This document shows, one piece after another, positions 10,588 through 20,560 of a stretch of DNA of 64,000 nucleotides; the first letter of the stretch is position 1, and each line of letters starts with the position of its first letter. The notes under the pieces are model-generated. The model was not told the origin of the DNA and did no database searches. It saw nothing but the letters and a program-made list of their open reading frames with translations. Source of the DNA: an uncultured Chloroflexia bacterium (GTDB taxonomy: Bacteria > Chloroflexota > Limnocylindria > Limnocylindrales > CSP1-4); assembly GCA_963697415.1 (NCBI GenBank), contig CAVONW010000003.1, positions 1,275,373 to 1,339,372 on the forward strand, written 5' to 3'. Made by a program: the position numbers and the translations under genes.

Positions 10588-12066
10588 ATGGATACCCGCC
10601 GGGACGCCGCCGCCACCGACTCGCTGGGCCACGCGATCCGCGCCATCCTGTCCTCGCTGGAGCAGTTCCTCCGGTTTGAAGGACCGGATCCAGCCCGGGA
10701 ACGGTCGCGCTGGCGCCCGGCCCTGGATCAGACATTGCCGGCCACGGGCATTGGGTGTGACGCGACCCTCGCGGAACTCGCGGACCTGGTGGTCGCGAAC
10801 GGCCTGCGGGTCGGACACCCTGGATTCTCCGGCTGGGTGACCACGATGCCCACCGACGTGGGGGCGGCCGCGGACCTGGCCCAGGCGGTGGCGGTGCCCC
10901 AGCGCTGGTGGGCGACCGCGGGCAACTTCGTCGATCACCTGGCGATGCGCTGGCTGATCGAGCTGCTCGGCTTTCCGGCGTCGTCCGTCGGAACATTCAC
11001 CTCCGGCGGCTCCACGGCGAACCTGATCGGAATCGGCGCGGCCCGCCAGCACGCTGGTCAGCGGCTCGGTCTGCGGCCCTCGCTGGACGGGATCGAAGGC
11101 ATGGTTGAGCCGAGGGTGTATGCAAGTACGGAGACCCACCACGTGGTCGGACGGGCACTTGGAGTGCTCGGCATGGGCCGCGCCAACCTGCGGATGATCC
11201 CACTCGACCGATCCGGCACGATCGACCTCGATCTCCTACAGTCCGCCCTCGACGAGGACCTCGCGGCCGGGCGCACGCAGGTTGCCCTGGTGGGATGCGC
11301 GGGCGATGTCAACACGGGTCGCATCGATCCGATCCCGGAACTCGCGCAGATCGCGCACGAGCGCGGTATCTGGCTGCACGTGGACGGGGCGTACGGCGGC
11401 TTCGGGTTGCTGGACGACCGGGTGCGCGAGCGCTACGGGGACGTGGCGACGTATGACTCGTTCGCGATCGATCCGCACAAGTGGCTCGCGGCTCCGGTGG
11501 GCACGGGAGTCGCCATCGTTCGCGACGAGGGGATCCTGGGCCGGGCGTTCACGATCGAGACCGGCGACTATGACCGGGAGCGCCACGTTCCCACGGGTGA
11601 GGCTGACCCCGGGTCGCCATTCGACGAGCTTGGGCTCGGCACTCCCGATTGGGGCGTGGATTTCTCAGCGCCGGCTCGCGGCCTCGCGGTGTGGGCGATC
11701 CTTCGCGAGATCGGTGCCGACGGGATGGCCGAGCGGGTCGTGCGGCATGACGACTGCGCCCGCCGGGTGGCGGAGCGCGCTCGCGAGTCGGACGAGCTGG
11801 AATTGCTCGCGGAGCCGGTGCTCTCGATCTGCTGCTTCCGCTACCGGCCGGCAGGCTGGACCGACGATGTTCGCCTGGATGCCCTGAACGAAGACGTGCT
11901 GCATGGCATTCGGGCCCGTGGACGTACCGTGACCTCTAGCACTCGGGTGGACGGCAGGTTCGCTATCCGGCCCTGCTTTATCAACCCGCGCACGACGCTC
12001 GCTGACGCCGATGCCCTGGTCGACGAAGTGCTCGCGGTCGGTAGGGAGCTCGCAGCAGGCGCCTGA
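10588..12066 (+). CDS. PLP-dependent group II amino-acid decarboxylase family
   Basis: FTSGGSTAN, WLHVDGAYG, DPHKWL (PLP lysine). Confidence 0.9.
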   Translation: MDTRRDAAATDSLGHAIRAILSSLEQFLRFEGPDPARERSRWRPALDQTLPATGIGCDATLAELADLVVANGLRVGHPGFSGWVTTMPTDVGAAADLAQAVAVPQRWWATAGNFVDHLAMRWLIELLGFPASSVGTFTSGGSTANLIGIGAARQHAGQRLGLRPSLDGIEGMVEPRVYASTETHHVVGRALGVLGMGRANLRMIPLDRSGTIDLDLLQSALDEDLAAGRTQVALVGCAGDVNTGRIDPIPELAQIAHERGIWLHVDGAYGGFGLLDDRVRERYGDVATYDSFAIDPHKWLAAPVGTGVAIVRDEGILGRAFTIETGDYDRERHVPTGEADPGSPFDELGLGTPDWGVDFSAPARGLAVWAILREIGADGMAERVVRHDDCARRVAERARESDELELLAEPVLSICCFRYRPAGWTDDVRLDALNEDVLHGIRARGRTVTSSTRVDGRFAIRPCFINPRTTLADADALVDEVLAVGRELAAGA

Positions 12067-12123
12067 CGGTTTCGCCGGTGTGCCCCAGCCATGGGCGCTC
12101 GCCGTTGGCAGTGGATCGGTGCG

Positions 12124-14617
12124 TCACCGTTTGTCGAACGCGATCTTCTCCGGCCACGGTCCCGGGCCGCGACCGTCCTGGGGCCGGCCCAGCAGGTAGC
12201 CCTGGCCGTACGGGATCGCGAGCTCACGGAGCATCTTGAGCTCGGCAGCGGTCTCGATCCCCTCCGCCACGAGCCGGACCTTGCGCTTGACCGCGAAGTA
12301 GGTCATCCCCGCGATGAGCGCCTGGCGGGCGGGATCCGTGTCGATCCCGCGGACGAGCCCGAGGTCGAGCTTCACGTAGTTCGGGGCGAGCTCGAGGATG
12401 TGGCGCAGGCTGGCGTAGCCGGCCCCGGCATCGTCGACCGCGAGGTGGACGTTCGGCCCGAGGGCCGTGAGCGCCGCGCGGAGCTCCGCGTAGTCCTCGA
12501 CGACGACGTGCTCGGTGATCTCGAGGGCGATCGGCCGCTCGGAGCCGGCGAGGAGCGGGCGGAGGCGACCCGAGGCGATCATCGCCGGGCTGACGTTGAG
12601 GCTGAGATAGGCCGCAGGGCGCAGGACGGTGGCCGCGGCGAGGGCCGCGGCCAGGGTGGCCTCCTCCAACTCGAGTCCGATCCCGGCCCGGTCGGCCAGG
12701 CCGAACATGACGTCCGGGCGAGTCCCGTCGGTGAAGCGGGAGAGGGCCTCGTAGCCGACGACCGCCCCGCTGTGGAGATCGGCGATCGGCTGGAAGAACG
12801 GCGTGAACGCGCCGGCCGCGATGGTCGCCGCGATCGTCGCCCGGGCGTCGGCCTCGCGGTGGCGGGACTCGAGCGCGGGGGCGATGAGCGAGCCGAGGAT
12901 CGAGCCGAACGTCGCGAGGGCCGGCAGGCGCTCGATGATCCGGTCCGCATTGGCCGGGTCGTGGGCCCCGAAGCCGATCACCCCGACGACGCCGTGGGCA
13001 CCCTGGAGCGGCGCGTAGACCGCGGTGTGGAGCCCGGTCGCGCTGATCATCTCGCCGTAGGCGCCGTCCTCGGGCCGGGCCCGCCAGGCCTCGGCCCACG
13101 GCCCACGCGCGGCGCGCTCGCGCAGGTAGTCCGCCCGAGCGTCGGGGACGGTGGTCCCGGCCGTCAGCGACGCGCCCGATCAGGCCCACCTCGGCCAGAA
13201 TCTGGTCGTGGTCGGCGCCGAGACACGATCGCCCAGGCCGACTCGATCCCCTCGAGCCCGACGATCTCGGCGCAGGCAGAGCCGGCGATCGCCTCGGGCG
13301 TGCCCTCCGGGTCGATCCGGCTGAGGGCCGCCTCGATCGTCTCGCGCTCCCGGGCATCCCGCTCGAGGGCACTTTCCAGCGCGCGCTCGCGGGTGACGTC
13401 GCGGTCCGGTCTGGACGTAGTTGGTGATCCGGCCGGCGGGATCGCGGAGGACCGCGATGACCGATCGACCTCGACGAGCGAGCCGTCGGCGCACTTGTTG
13501 ACGATCGGGCCCGTCCAGGGCACGCCACCCGCGACCGATGCCCACAGGTTCGTCCAGAACACGGGCTCGTAGCGGCCGCTGGTCAGGAAGTCCGGGCCAC
13601 CGCCGACGATCTCGTCGGCGGCGTAGCCGTACAGGCGGGTGAAGGCCGGGTTGACGTACTCGATCGTCAGGTCCGGGCGGTACATGATGATCGAATCGGT
13701 CGTCTGCTCGACGGCGGATGCGAGCCGCGCTCGCTCCCCTTCCGCCACCACACGATCGGTGATGTCCTGGGTCGTGCCGATGTATCGGATCGGGGTGCCG
13801 GCCGCGTCGCGGATGACCTCGGCCTCCTCGTGCAGGATCCGCACGCTCCCGTCCGGCCGGATGATCCGGTAGTCGACCGGATCGGGATCGCCCGCCGCGA
13901 GGTCGCTTGGCTGGGTGCGGCCTTGACGCGGTCGTCCGGATGGACGAGGGCGAGGTAGGCATCGAGCGTACCGCCGAACGCGCCCGGTTCGATTCCCATC
14001 ATCCGGTGCGACTCATCGGACCAGCGGAGGGCGCCCGTCGCCACGTCCCGCTCCCAGCTCCCGAGGTGAGCGATCCGCTGAGCCTCGGCGAGGTTGCGTT
14101 CACTGCGACGCAACCATTCGATGAGCCGTGTCCGCTCCTCCTCGGCGGCAACCCGATCGGTGACGTCCGCGATCGTGCCCAGCATCTCCACCGGTCGCCC
14201 GGCTGCATCGAGCTTCAGGGCGCCGTGTCCATGGACCCATCGCTCCGCGCCGGTGTCGGCGCGGACGATCCGGTACTGGCGGTCGAACGGCCGGCCGTGA
14301 CCGACCACCTCGTCCGTGAAATAGGCGACCATCGCCTCGCGGTCGGCCGGATGAACGAGCGCTGCCCAGACCTCTACAGACCGCTCGAACGCGGCATCGA
14401 TCCCGAAGATCGCGTCGAGGCCCTTTGAGCTCGACCAGCGTCCCGAGGCGATGTCGAGTGAATACGAACCGATCTGCGCGATTGCCTCCACCTCGTCGTG
14501 CCGAGGATCAGCGGACAACGTGGAGCCGTTCCGTGGCCTCACGGGGCTGGACCCCGGAGGCAACAGCAGGAGGCTTCTTCCGCGGATGTCGGTCGGTTTG
14601 CTTCTGGCTCGGGGCAT
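12124..14617 (-). CDS. PAS-PAS-PAS-(GAF)-EAL phosphodiesterase split by several frameshifts; start uncertain
   Basis: PAS/PAC fragments in ORFs 13667..14617 and 13164..13844; EAL motifs YEALSRF, EITEH, DDAGAGY, AEGIET, GQGYLLGRP in 12124..13050. Confidence 0.8.
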
Positions 14618-14857
14618 CGCCGTATTCGGCTGCGGTCTTCTGGGTCCCGGGCTAATCGACCGGAACGGTGCACTGCGGCACCGGGGTGATCATCGGATCA
14701 CTGAGCGACCGCGGCAACAGGACGATTGGGTCGGGGCAGCGGCGAAAGGTCCCGGGACCGGGATCGCGGCTCGAAACAGGATTGACAAATCCGGACCCTC
14801 GCCGCACCCATACACGGTGCACATCGGCTCAAGCCGGTGCCGTCTGTCAGGAGAGGC

Positions 14858-15403
14858 GTGGATACCGACCTTGTGATCCGAGCCCAGCGCGGTGACAAGG
14901 GGGCCTATGCCCTCGTGGCCACCGAGATCGCGAGTCGGTTTCTGGCCGTCGCACGCAGGATCCTGCGTGACCTGGATCTGGCCGAGGATGCCACGCAGCA
15001 GGCGCTCCTGACGATCTGGCTGGAGCTTCCGAAACTCCGCGACCCGGCGCGCTTCGACGCCTGGTCGTACCGGCTCCTCGTGCGTGCCTGCTACGCGGAA
15101 GGCCGGCGCGAACGCCGCTGGGCTCCCGACCTCAGGCTTCTCCCGGGCGATCAGTCCGCGGCCGACCGTGGACTGAGCTCGGTCATCGACCGGGACCAGC
15201 TCGAGCGCGGCTTCCACCGCCTGTCACTCGACCACCGGACTGTCGTGGTGCTGCACCACTTCCTTGATCTGCCCCTTGAACGGGTCGCCGAGATCTGCGG
15301 GATCGCGACCGGGACGGCTCACTCTCGACTTCATCACGCAATGCGCGCCATGCGGGCGGCCCTCGATGCCGACACGCGAGCACCGGTACGGGAGGTCATC
15401 TGA
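14858..15403 (+). CDS. ECF RNA polymerase sigma factor
   Basis: AEDATQQALL.IW, FDAWSYR, region 4 GIATGTAHSRLHHA; AGGAG RBS. Confidence 0.9.
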   Translation: MDTDLVIRAQRGDKGAYALVATEIASRFLAVARRILRDLDLAEDATQQALLTIWLELPKLRDPARFDAWSYRLLVRACYAEGRRERRWAPDLRLLPGDQSAADRGLSSVIDRDQLERGFHRLSLDHRTVVVLHHFLDLPLERVAEICGIATGTAHSRLHHAMRAMRAALDADTRAPVREVI

Positions 15404-16918
15404 TGGATTCCCGAACGTGACGTTACGCGGATCGTCCGGTCGTGGCTGCGCGAGGACGGGCACGAGTCCGCCGACCGCGTCCTCGACGACGTGCTCACAT
15501 TGCTCGACACGAATACCCAGCGCCTGTCCTGGTGGGAGATCCGGAGGATCGCGGGCGTGAGGAACCTCACCACGCTCACGATCGCGGCCGCTGCCGTGGT
15601 GGTCGTTGCGGTGGTCGGCATCAACCTCCTGCCGTCGTTCGGAAGTATCGGCGGCCCGGTCGAATCCGCTCGGACTTCACCTTCGCCCTCGCGAACTTCC
15701 ACCGTCGAGTCGACCACCGAGTACTCGACGATCGATCCCGGTCGATACGACGTCCCGTGGCCAGGTGGCCGGGTCCGTCTCACGATGCCGGCCGGCTGGC
15801 TGTCAGCAACCGCGAGATGGGGTTCGTGCCCTCAGGAACCGGGACCGTGCGTTCCGCCACAGGGTGGCACGACGCTGACCCGATATGCCCTCGGGGGCAG
15901 CGGCCCAACCCTGAGCCTGAGTCTGGTACACGACGTCCGGAGCATCACCTGCCAAGGCACCTCGCTCGGACCCACGGCCGGCGATCTCGCGACCGCCCTC
16001 TCGAGCTGGGCAGGCGTGGGCGACCAGGGGTCGGGTCCCATCGATGTCGAGCTGGGCGGCTATCCGGCCAAGCGGTTCCGTATCAGCCAGCCCACGTCCG
16101 TAATGCCAAACGGTTCGTGCCGGTCGTGGGGCGGGTACGTGATCTGGGAGAACAACACCACGTTTGGTTTCTCGATCCCCGTGGGCGGAGCGGGAACGGT
16201 TTACGCGATCGACGTTGACGGCGCTCGCCTGGTGATCACGACCGTGGACCGAGGCGTATCGGCCGAGGAGCTGTTGCAGCTCGAAGCCATCATCGCCTCG
16301 ATCGAGATCGAGCCCTCGGGGACGCCCGCTCCGGTACCGGCCACGGTGTTCCCTCCGTTCGAGCTCGAGATCGGCAGGCACGCCTTGAACGTAGCGGGCA
16401 TCCCGCTCTCGTTCAGCACGCGCACGGCCACGTCGGATGGCTGGAGCGGCAACGGCGCCTTCTCGATCGGCAAGAGCATCCGGGGCCCACAGGGTGCCGA
16501 GGCTTCGATTCTGTGGACGAGCTTCCCGGATGGGCCCTACCCCTTCCCATGCTTCGACGTCGTGGGCCGGGAGGCCGGGACATCGGCAGCCGATCTCGCC
16601 GCGGCCGTGGCGAGTGCGCCCGCGGATCCCGTCGCGCTGACGGGGCCGACCGATGTCACGGTGGGCGGCCGCCCCGCGAAGCGTGTCGTGTTCACCGTTG
16701 GTGATGACACCGGATGCCAACCAGGGTTCTTCTTCACCTGGCCCGACATGTACGGTGGCCCACTCTGGGGCGGGACAAGTACGGGCGACACGATCAGCGT
16801 CTGGATCATCGACGTCGACGGGGTGCTGTTGTTCATCGAAGGCATCACCACCACAGAGGCCACACCTGCCCTTGAGCAGGAGCTGGTCGAGATCATCGAC
16901 TCAATCCAGTTCGAGTAG
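15403..16918 (+). CDS. Putative anti-sigma: single TM plus two tandem extracytoplasmic repeats; +1 frameshift near 15410
   Basis: TGATG coupling to the sigma gene; removing one C from TTCCC gives MDSERDVTRIVRSWLREDGHESADRVL, in frame with ORF 15491..16918. Confidence 0.7.
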
Positions 16919-16962
16919 CCGGATCCGCATTCGGAATCCGTTCTTGGCAGCACGATGAAAGG

Positions 16963-18567
16963 GTGTTGGTCGTGATCAGAACCGGTCGGACTGTCCGGGG
17001 GGTGGGTGTCACCCTGGTCTTACTGGTGCTCAGCGCCTGCTCCACGACTTCCAGCCCCAGCCCGTTGCCGAGCATCGGCGCGAGCCCCGGCGCATTGCCG
17101 AGCGTCGGCGCAAGCCCCAGCCCGGACGATGTCGGTCCCAGCCAACCCGTGGCCTTGCCCGTCCCGTTTCCACTGGAAGCGACGATCCCCGAACTTCAGG
17201 CTGCGATGGAGTCCGGCGAACTCACGGCGGTCGGGCTGGTCGACTTCTACATGGCGAGGATCGCGGCGTATGACGACGCCGGTCCGATGCTGAACGCATT
17301 CATCGTGGTCAATCCGGCAGCCCGCGACCAGGCGGCCGCCCTGGATGCCGAACGTGCCGTGTCGGGTCCGCGCGGGCCCCTCCACGGCATCCCGGTTGTC
17401 TTGAAGGACAACATCAACACCGCCGACATGGAGACGACCGCCGGATCGGGTGCCCTGGCGGGATTCATCCCATCCGAGGACGCCTTCCAGGTGCGGAAGC
17501 TGCGCGAGGCGGGGGCCATCATGCTGGGCAAGACGAACATGGAACTGTTCGCCAACGGGTTCCGCGCACTGTCGACCCTCGGCGGACAGACCCTCAGTCC
17601 CTACGATCTGAGCCGGGATCCCGGCGGCTCAAGCGGAGGCACCGCCGTGGCGGTCACCGCCAACTTTGCCGTCGCGGGCTTCGGGACGGACAGCTGTGGA
17701 TCGGTCCGCTTCCCGGCCGTGCTCAACGACCTGTATGGATTGCGGCCAACGGAGGGCCTCACATCGCGCTCCGGCCTCATCCCGTTGTCGACCACGTTGG
17801 ACACGATGGCGCCGATGGCCCGCAGCGTCGTGGATCTCGCGATCGTGCTGGACGCAACGGCCGCGGTGGATCCCGAAGATCCTACGACCGTGCCGGTCGA
17901 AGCGTCCTACCTGGGCGCTGTCGATCCGAATGGGTTGTCAGGCCGACGCATCGGACTGGTCAGCTTCTCGCTGAGCGGCGACATGAAGTGGCTGATGCAG
18001 AAGGCCATCGACGAGCTGGTGGCCAACGGGGCCGAGGTCGCCAACGTCACGCTGCCGTTCGGTGCCGATGTCGGCCCCATCTTCTACGAGTTCCACGCCG
18101 CGTTTGACGACTATCTTGCCGCCCAGCCCGCCGCTCCGGTTCGGTCGCTGCAGGAACTCGTGGATCTGGGCGTCGACCCGATGTTCGAGGCGATGCTCCG
18201 CGATGAACTGGCGGTGGAGACGCCGGACTTTCCTGCGCGACTCGCAGCGCTGGAAGCGCGTCCTGTCTTTCGTGACAAGGTCGTCGCCCTCATGGACGAA
18301 CACAATCTCGACGCCATCTTCTATCCGGAGTCCCGGACCACGGCGGCCCCGATCGGCGTCGACGTATCGCCCTTCGACTGTCAGTCGGCTGGGTTCGGCG
18401 GCCTACCGGCCATCGCCATCCCCGCCGGGTTCGACGCCGACGGACTCCCGATGGGCTTCGAGCTGATGGGCCGGCCCTTCGCCGAGCCGACCCTTTTCGC
18501 CATGGCGGCTGGCTACGAAGCGCACACGAGCCACAGGTTCCTCCCTCCGACCACCCCGCCCCTCTGA
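16963..18567 (+). CDS. Amidase signature family lipoprotein
   Basis: LVLSAC lipobox, GPLHGIPVVLKD, PGGSSGG, GTDSCGSVR. Confidence 0.9.
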   Translation: MLVVIRTGRTVRGVGVTLVLLVLSACSTTSSPSPLPSIGASPGALPSVGASPSPDDVGPSQPVALPVPFPLEATIPELQAAMESGELTAVGLVDFYMARIAAYDDAGPMLNAFIVVNPAARDQAAALDAERAVSGPRGPLHGIPVVLKDNINTADMETTAGSGALAGFIPSEDAFQVRKLREAGAIMLGKTNMELFANGFRALSTLGGQTLSPYDLSRDPGGSSGGTAVAVTANFAVAGFGTDSCGSVRFPAVLNDLYGLRPTEGLTSRSGLIPLSTTLDTMAPMARSVVDLAIVLDATAAVDPEDPTTVPVEASYLGAVDPNGLSGRRIGLVSFSLSGDMKWLMQKAIDELVANGAEVANVTLPFGADVGPIFYEFHAAFDDYLAAQPAAPVRSLQELVDLGVDPMFEAMLRDELAVETPDFPARLAALEARPVFRDKVVALMDEHNLDAIFYPESRTTAAPIGVDVSPFDCQSAGFGGLPAIAIPAGFDADGLPMGFELMGRPFAEPTLFAMAAGYEAHTSHRFLPPTTPPL

Positions 18568-18630
18568 GCCCGGACGTCCGATCGGGCTCGACGCAGGTCG
18601 ACTCGGATGGAGCCCGGAGCAAGCGGGGGG

Positions 18631-19440
18631 CTAGATGGCCTGCCGCCCGGTCAGCTCGGCCACCGAGATCGGATGCATGCGCAGCGCGGCCGCGGTCCGT
18701 CCGCCGACTTCGAGCTTCTCGTAGATGTGCTCCAGGTGCTTCTTGACGGTGCTCGGCGCGACCCACAGCCGTGTGGCGATCTGTGCGTTCGTCCTGCCTT
18801 CCGCCACCAGGGCGAGGATCTCGCGCTCCCGGGGCGTCAGCGAAGCCCAGGCGCGGGACCTGCTGTCATCGCCGAGCGTCACGGGTTCGTCCCACGAACG
18901 CCGTCGCGCCGCCGCACGTGCCTGGAGGCCCTCGAGATGCGGTCGGAGCATCTCGAGTACGGCGCGGTCTCGCTCGGAGAAGTCGCGGACATCTGGCCCC
19001 CGGAACAGGAGGATGGAGCGATGCAAGTCTGGCCCGGCGCTGAGGCCAAGATCGACCATGTGCTCGATTCCGAACGGCCGGTTGTACTCCCTGTAGATGG
19101 GCAGCTCGTGATACTGCTGCCGGCCGATCACGTCGGACATCCGGACCGCCGACAGATCGCCGGTCCGTTCGCGGTAGGCGTCGATCGGGCAGGGCCCCAC
19201 GGTCCAGTACAGCGCGTCGTCGTCTGGGTCGTGGCCGGCCTCGTCGTGGCTGGGGAAGCATGTCGTGGCGCCGAAGCGCCTCGCGCGAACGTCGATCTCC
19301 TGGAAGCTGACGTGATCGCACGCCACGAGGTACTGCAGGCGGGCGAGGACTTCGACGGGGACCAGCTCGTCGAACTCGAGGCCGCCGACATCGGCGAGGA
19401 AACCCAGGATCGCCTGGAGATCGACTCGGCGCAGCTGCAT
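18631..19440 (-). CDS. LuxR-type HTH transcriptional regulator with GAF-like N-terminus
   Basis: LTPREREILALVAEGRTNAQIA...TVKKHLEHIYEKL; start taken at MQLRR. Confidence 0.85.
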   Translation of the reverse strand: MQLRRVDLQAILGFLADVGGLEFDELVPVEVLARLQYLVACDHVSFQEIDVRARRFGATTCFPSHDEAGHDPDDDALYWTVGPCPIDAYRERTGDLSAVRMSDVIGRQQYHELPIYREYNRPFGIEHMVDLGLSAGPDLHRSILLFRGPDVRDFSERDRAVLEMLRPHLEGLQARAAARRRSWDEPVTLGDDSRSRAWASLTPREREILALVAEGRTNAQIATRLWVAPSTVKKHLEHIYEKLEVGGRTAAALRMHPISVAELTGRQAI

Positions 19441-19580
19441 CGTGCCGGAGAAAGTACGCCGAACGGCGAATAGGCACAAGGGGTTTGAGAGCGGATGCTC
19501 TCCACATCGCCAGCGGGGGTCGTGTCGCTGAGTGACCTTCCGCTGCTCTGTCTGGGGCAAGGAGAACCGATCCGGAGTTG

Positions 19581-19602
19581 AGCGATCGGTATACCGATCG
19601 CT
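19581..19602. promoter_or_regulatory. Perfect 22-bp palindrome directly before an RBS
   Basis: AGCGATCGGTATACCGATCGCT followed by GGAGG. Confidence 0.6.
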
Positions 19603-19614
19603 GGAGGAGCCGAA

Positions 19615-20553
19615 ATGCGCATCCCACGGGCCATCGGCACTGCTGTCGCGAGTGCGGTCGCCGTCCTCGCCATGGCCACCGCCGCGTACGCGATGAACTT
19701 CGGCGGGTGGACGCCGCCGGTGAACGCCGAGTCGATCGTCGGCACCCACGAGAACCTGAACACGACGGCGCTCGAAGGCTGCCCCTTCGTCTCCCAGCGG
19801 GGCGACATCCTGTACTTCGCGTCCACTCGCTCCGACGGAGTGGGAGGGTTCGACATCTGGTACTCCGAGCGCGGTGAGAACGGTGCGTGGGGCGACCCGG
19901 TCAACTTCGAGGCGATCAACACGGAGGCTGACGAGCTCTGCCCGTCGGCGCACCGCAACGGGAAGACCTTCCTGTTCGTAAGCAACCGCCCAGGTTACTG
20001 CGGGTCCACGGCCAACGACGACCTCTACATGACGCGGCTGCATGCAACCCGGGGCTGGGCGGAGCCGCAGAACCTCGGCTGCACCGTCAACAGTTCGGCC
20101 GCGGAGGCGAGCCCGTATCTGCTCGAGACCGAGCTCTACTTCTCGAGCACGCGCCCCGGCGGCTTCGCCGCGGGTGGCACGGACTCGGACATCTACGTGA
20201 GCGCGTTCGATGGCAATTCGTTCGGCCCGGCCACCCTGGCGCCCGGCCTGAACACGGCTTCGAACGACAATCGTCCGAACCTTCGCCGCGACGGGCTCGA
20301 GATCTTCTTTGACTCGAACCGGTCCGGGTCTGCCGGGATCGACCTGTGGACGGCGACGCGCGCGAGCACGTCGCACCCATGGGAGCCGCCGGTGAACATG
20401 GGTCCCGCTGTCAACAGCACCGCGAACGACCTGCGGCCGTCCCTGTCCTGGGACGGGACCACGTTGTACTTCGGCTCGTTCCGCGTCGGTTCGCAGCAGG
20501 ACATCTACGTCACCACGCGGACGAAGCAGACGGGCCCTGCCGCTGGCGGGTAG
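19615..20553 (+). CDS. Secreted PD40/TolB-like beta-propeller repeat protein
   Basis: Signal peptide; repeated NT...P..S.DG..LYF.S.R..G..D[IL][WY] units. Confidence 0.85.
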   Translation: MRIPRAIGTAVASAVAVLAMATAAYAMNFGGWTPPVNAESIVGTHENLNTTALEGCPFVSQRGDILYFASTRSDGVGGFDIWYSERGENGAWGDPVNFEAINTEADELCPSAHRNGKTFLFVSNRPGYCGSTANDDLYMTRLHATRGWAEPQNLGCTVNSSAAEASPYLLETELYFSSTRPGGFAAGGTDSDIYVSAFDGNSFGPATLAPGLNTASNDNRPNLRRDGLEIFFDSNRSGSAGIDLWTATRASTSHPWEPPVNMGPAVNSTANDLRPSLSWDGTTLYFGSFRVGSQQDIYVTTRTKQTGPAAGG

Positions 20554-20560
20554 GGCCGGC

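Noticed and set aside
15403-15420. TGA readthrough or programmed frameshift in the anti-sigma gene
   Set aside because: One extra C in a short homopolymer explains it; no slippery site or SECIS-like element seen
17062-17120. 30-bp repeat in the amidase gene
   Set aside because: Encodes an ordinary Pro/Ser linker duplication (LPSIGASP / LPSVGASP)
19441-20376. Apparent long N-terminal extension of the LuxR ORF (581 aa)
   Set aside because: It is the antisense of the PD40 gene; the credible start is 19440
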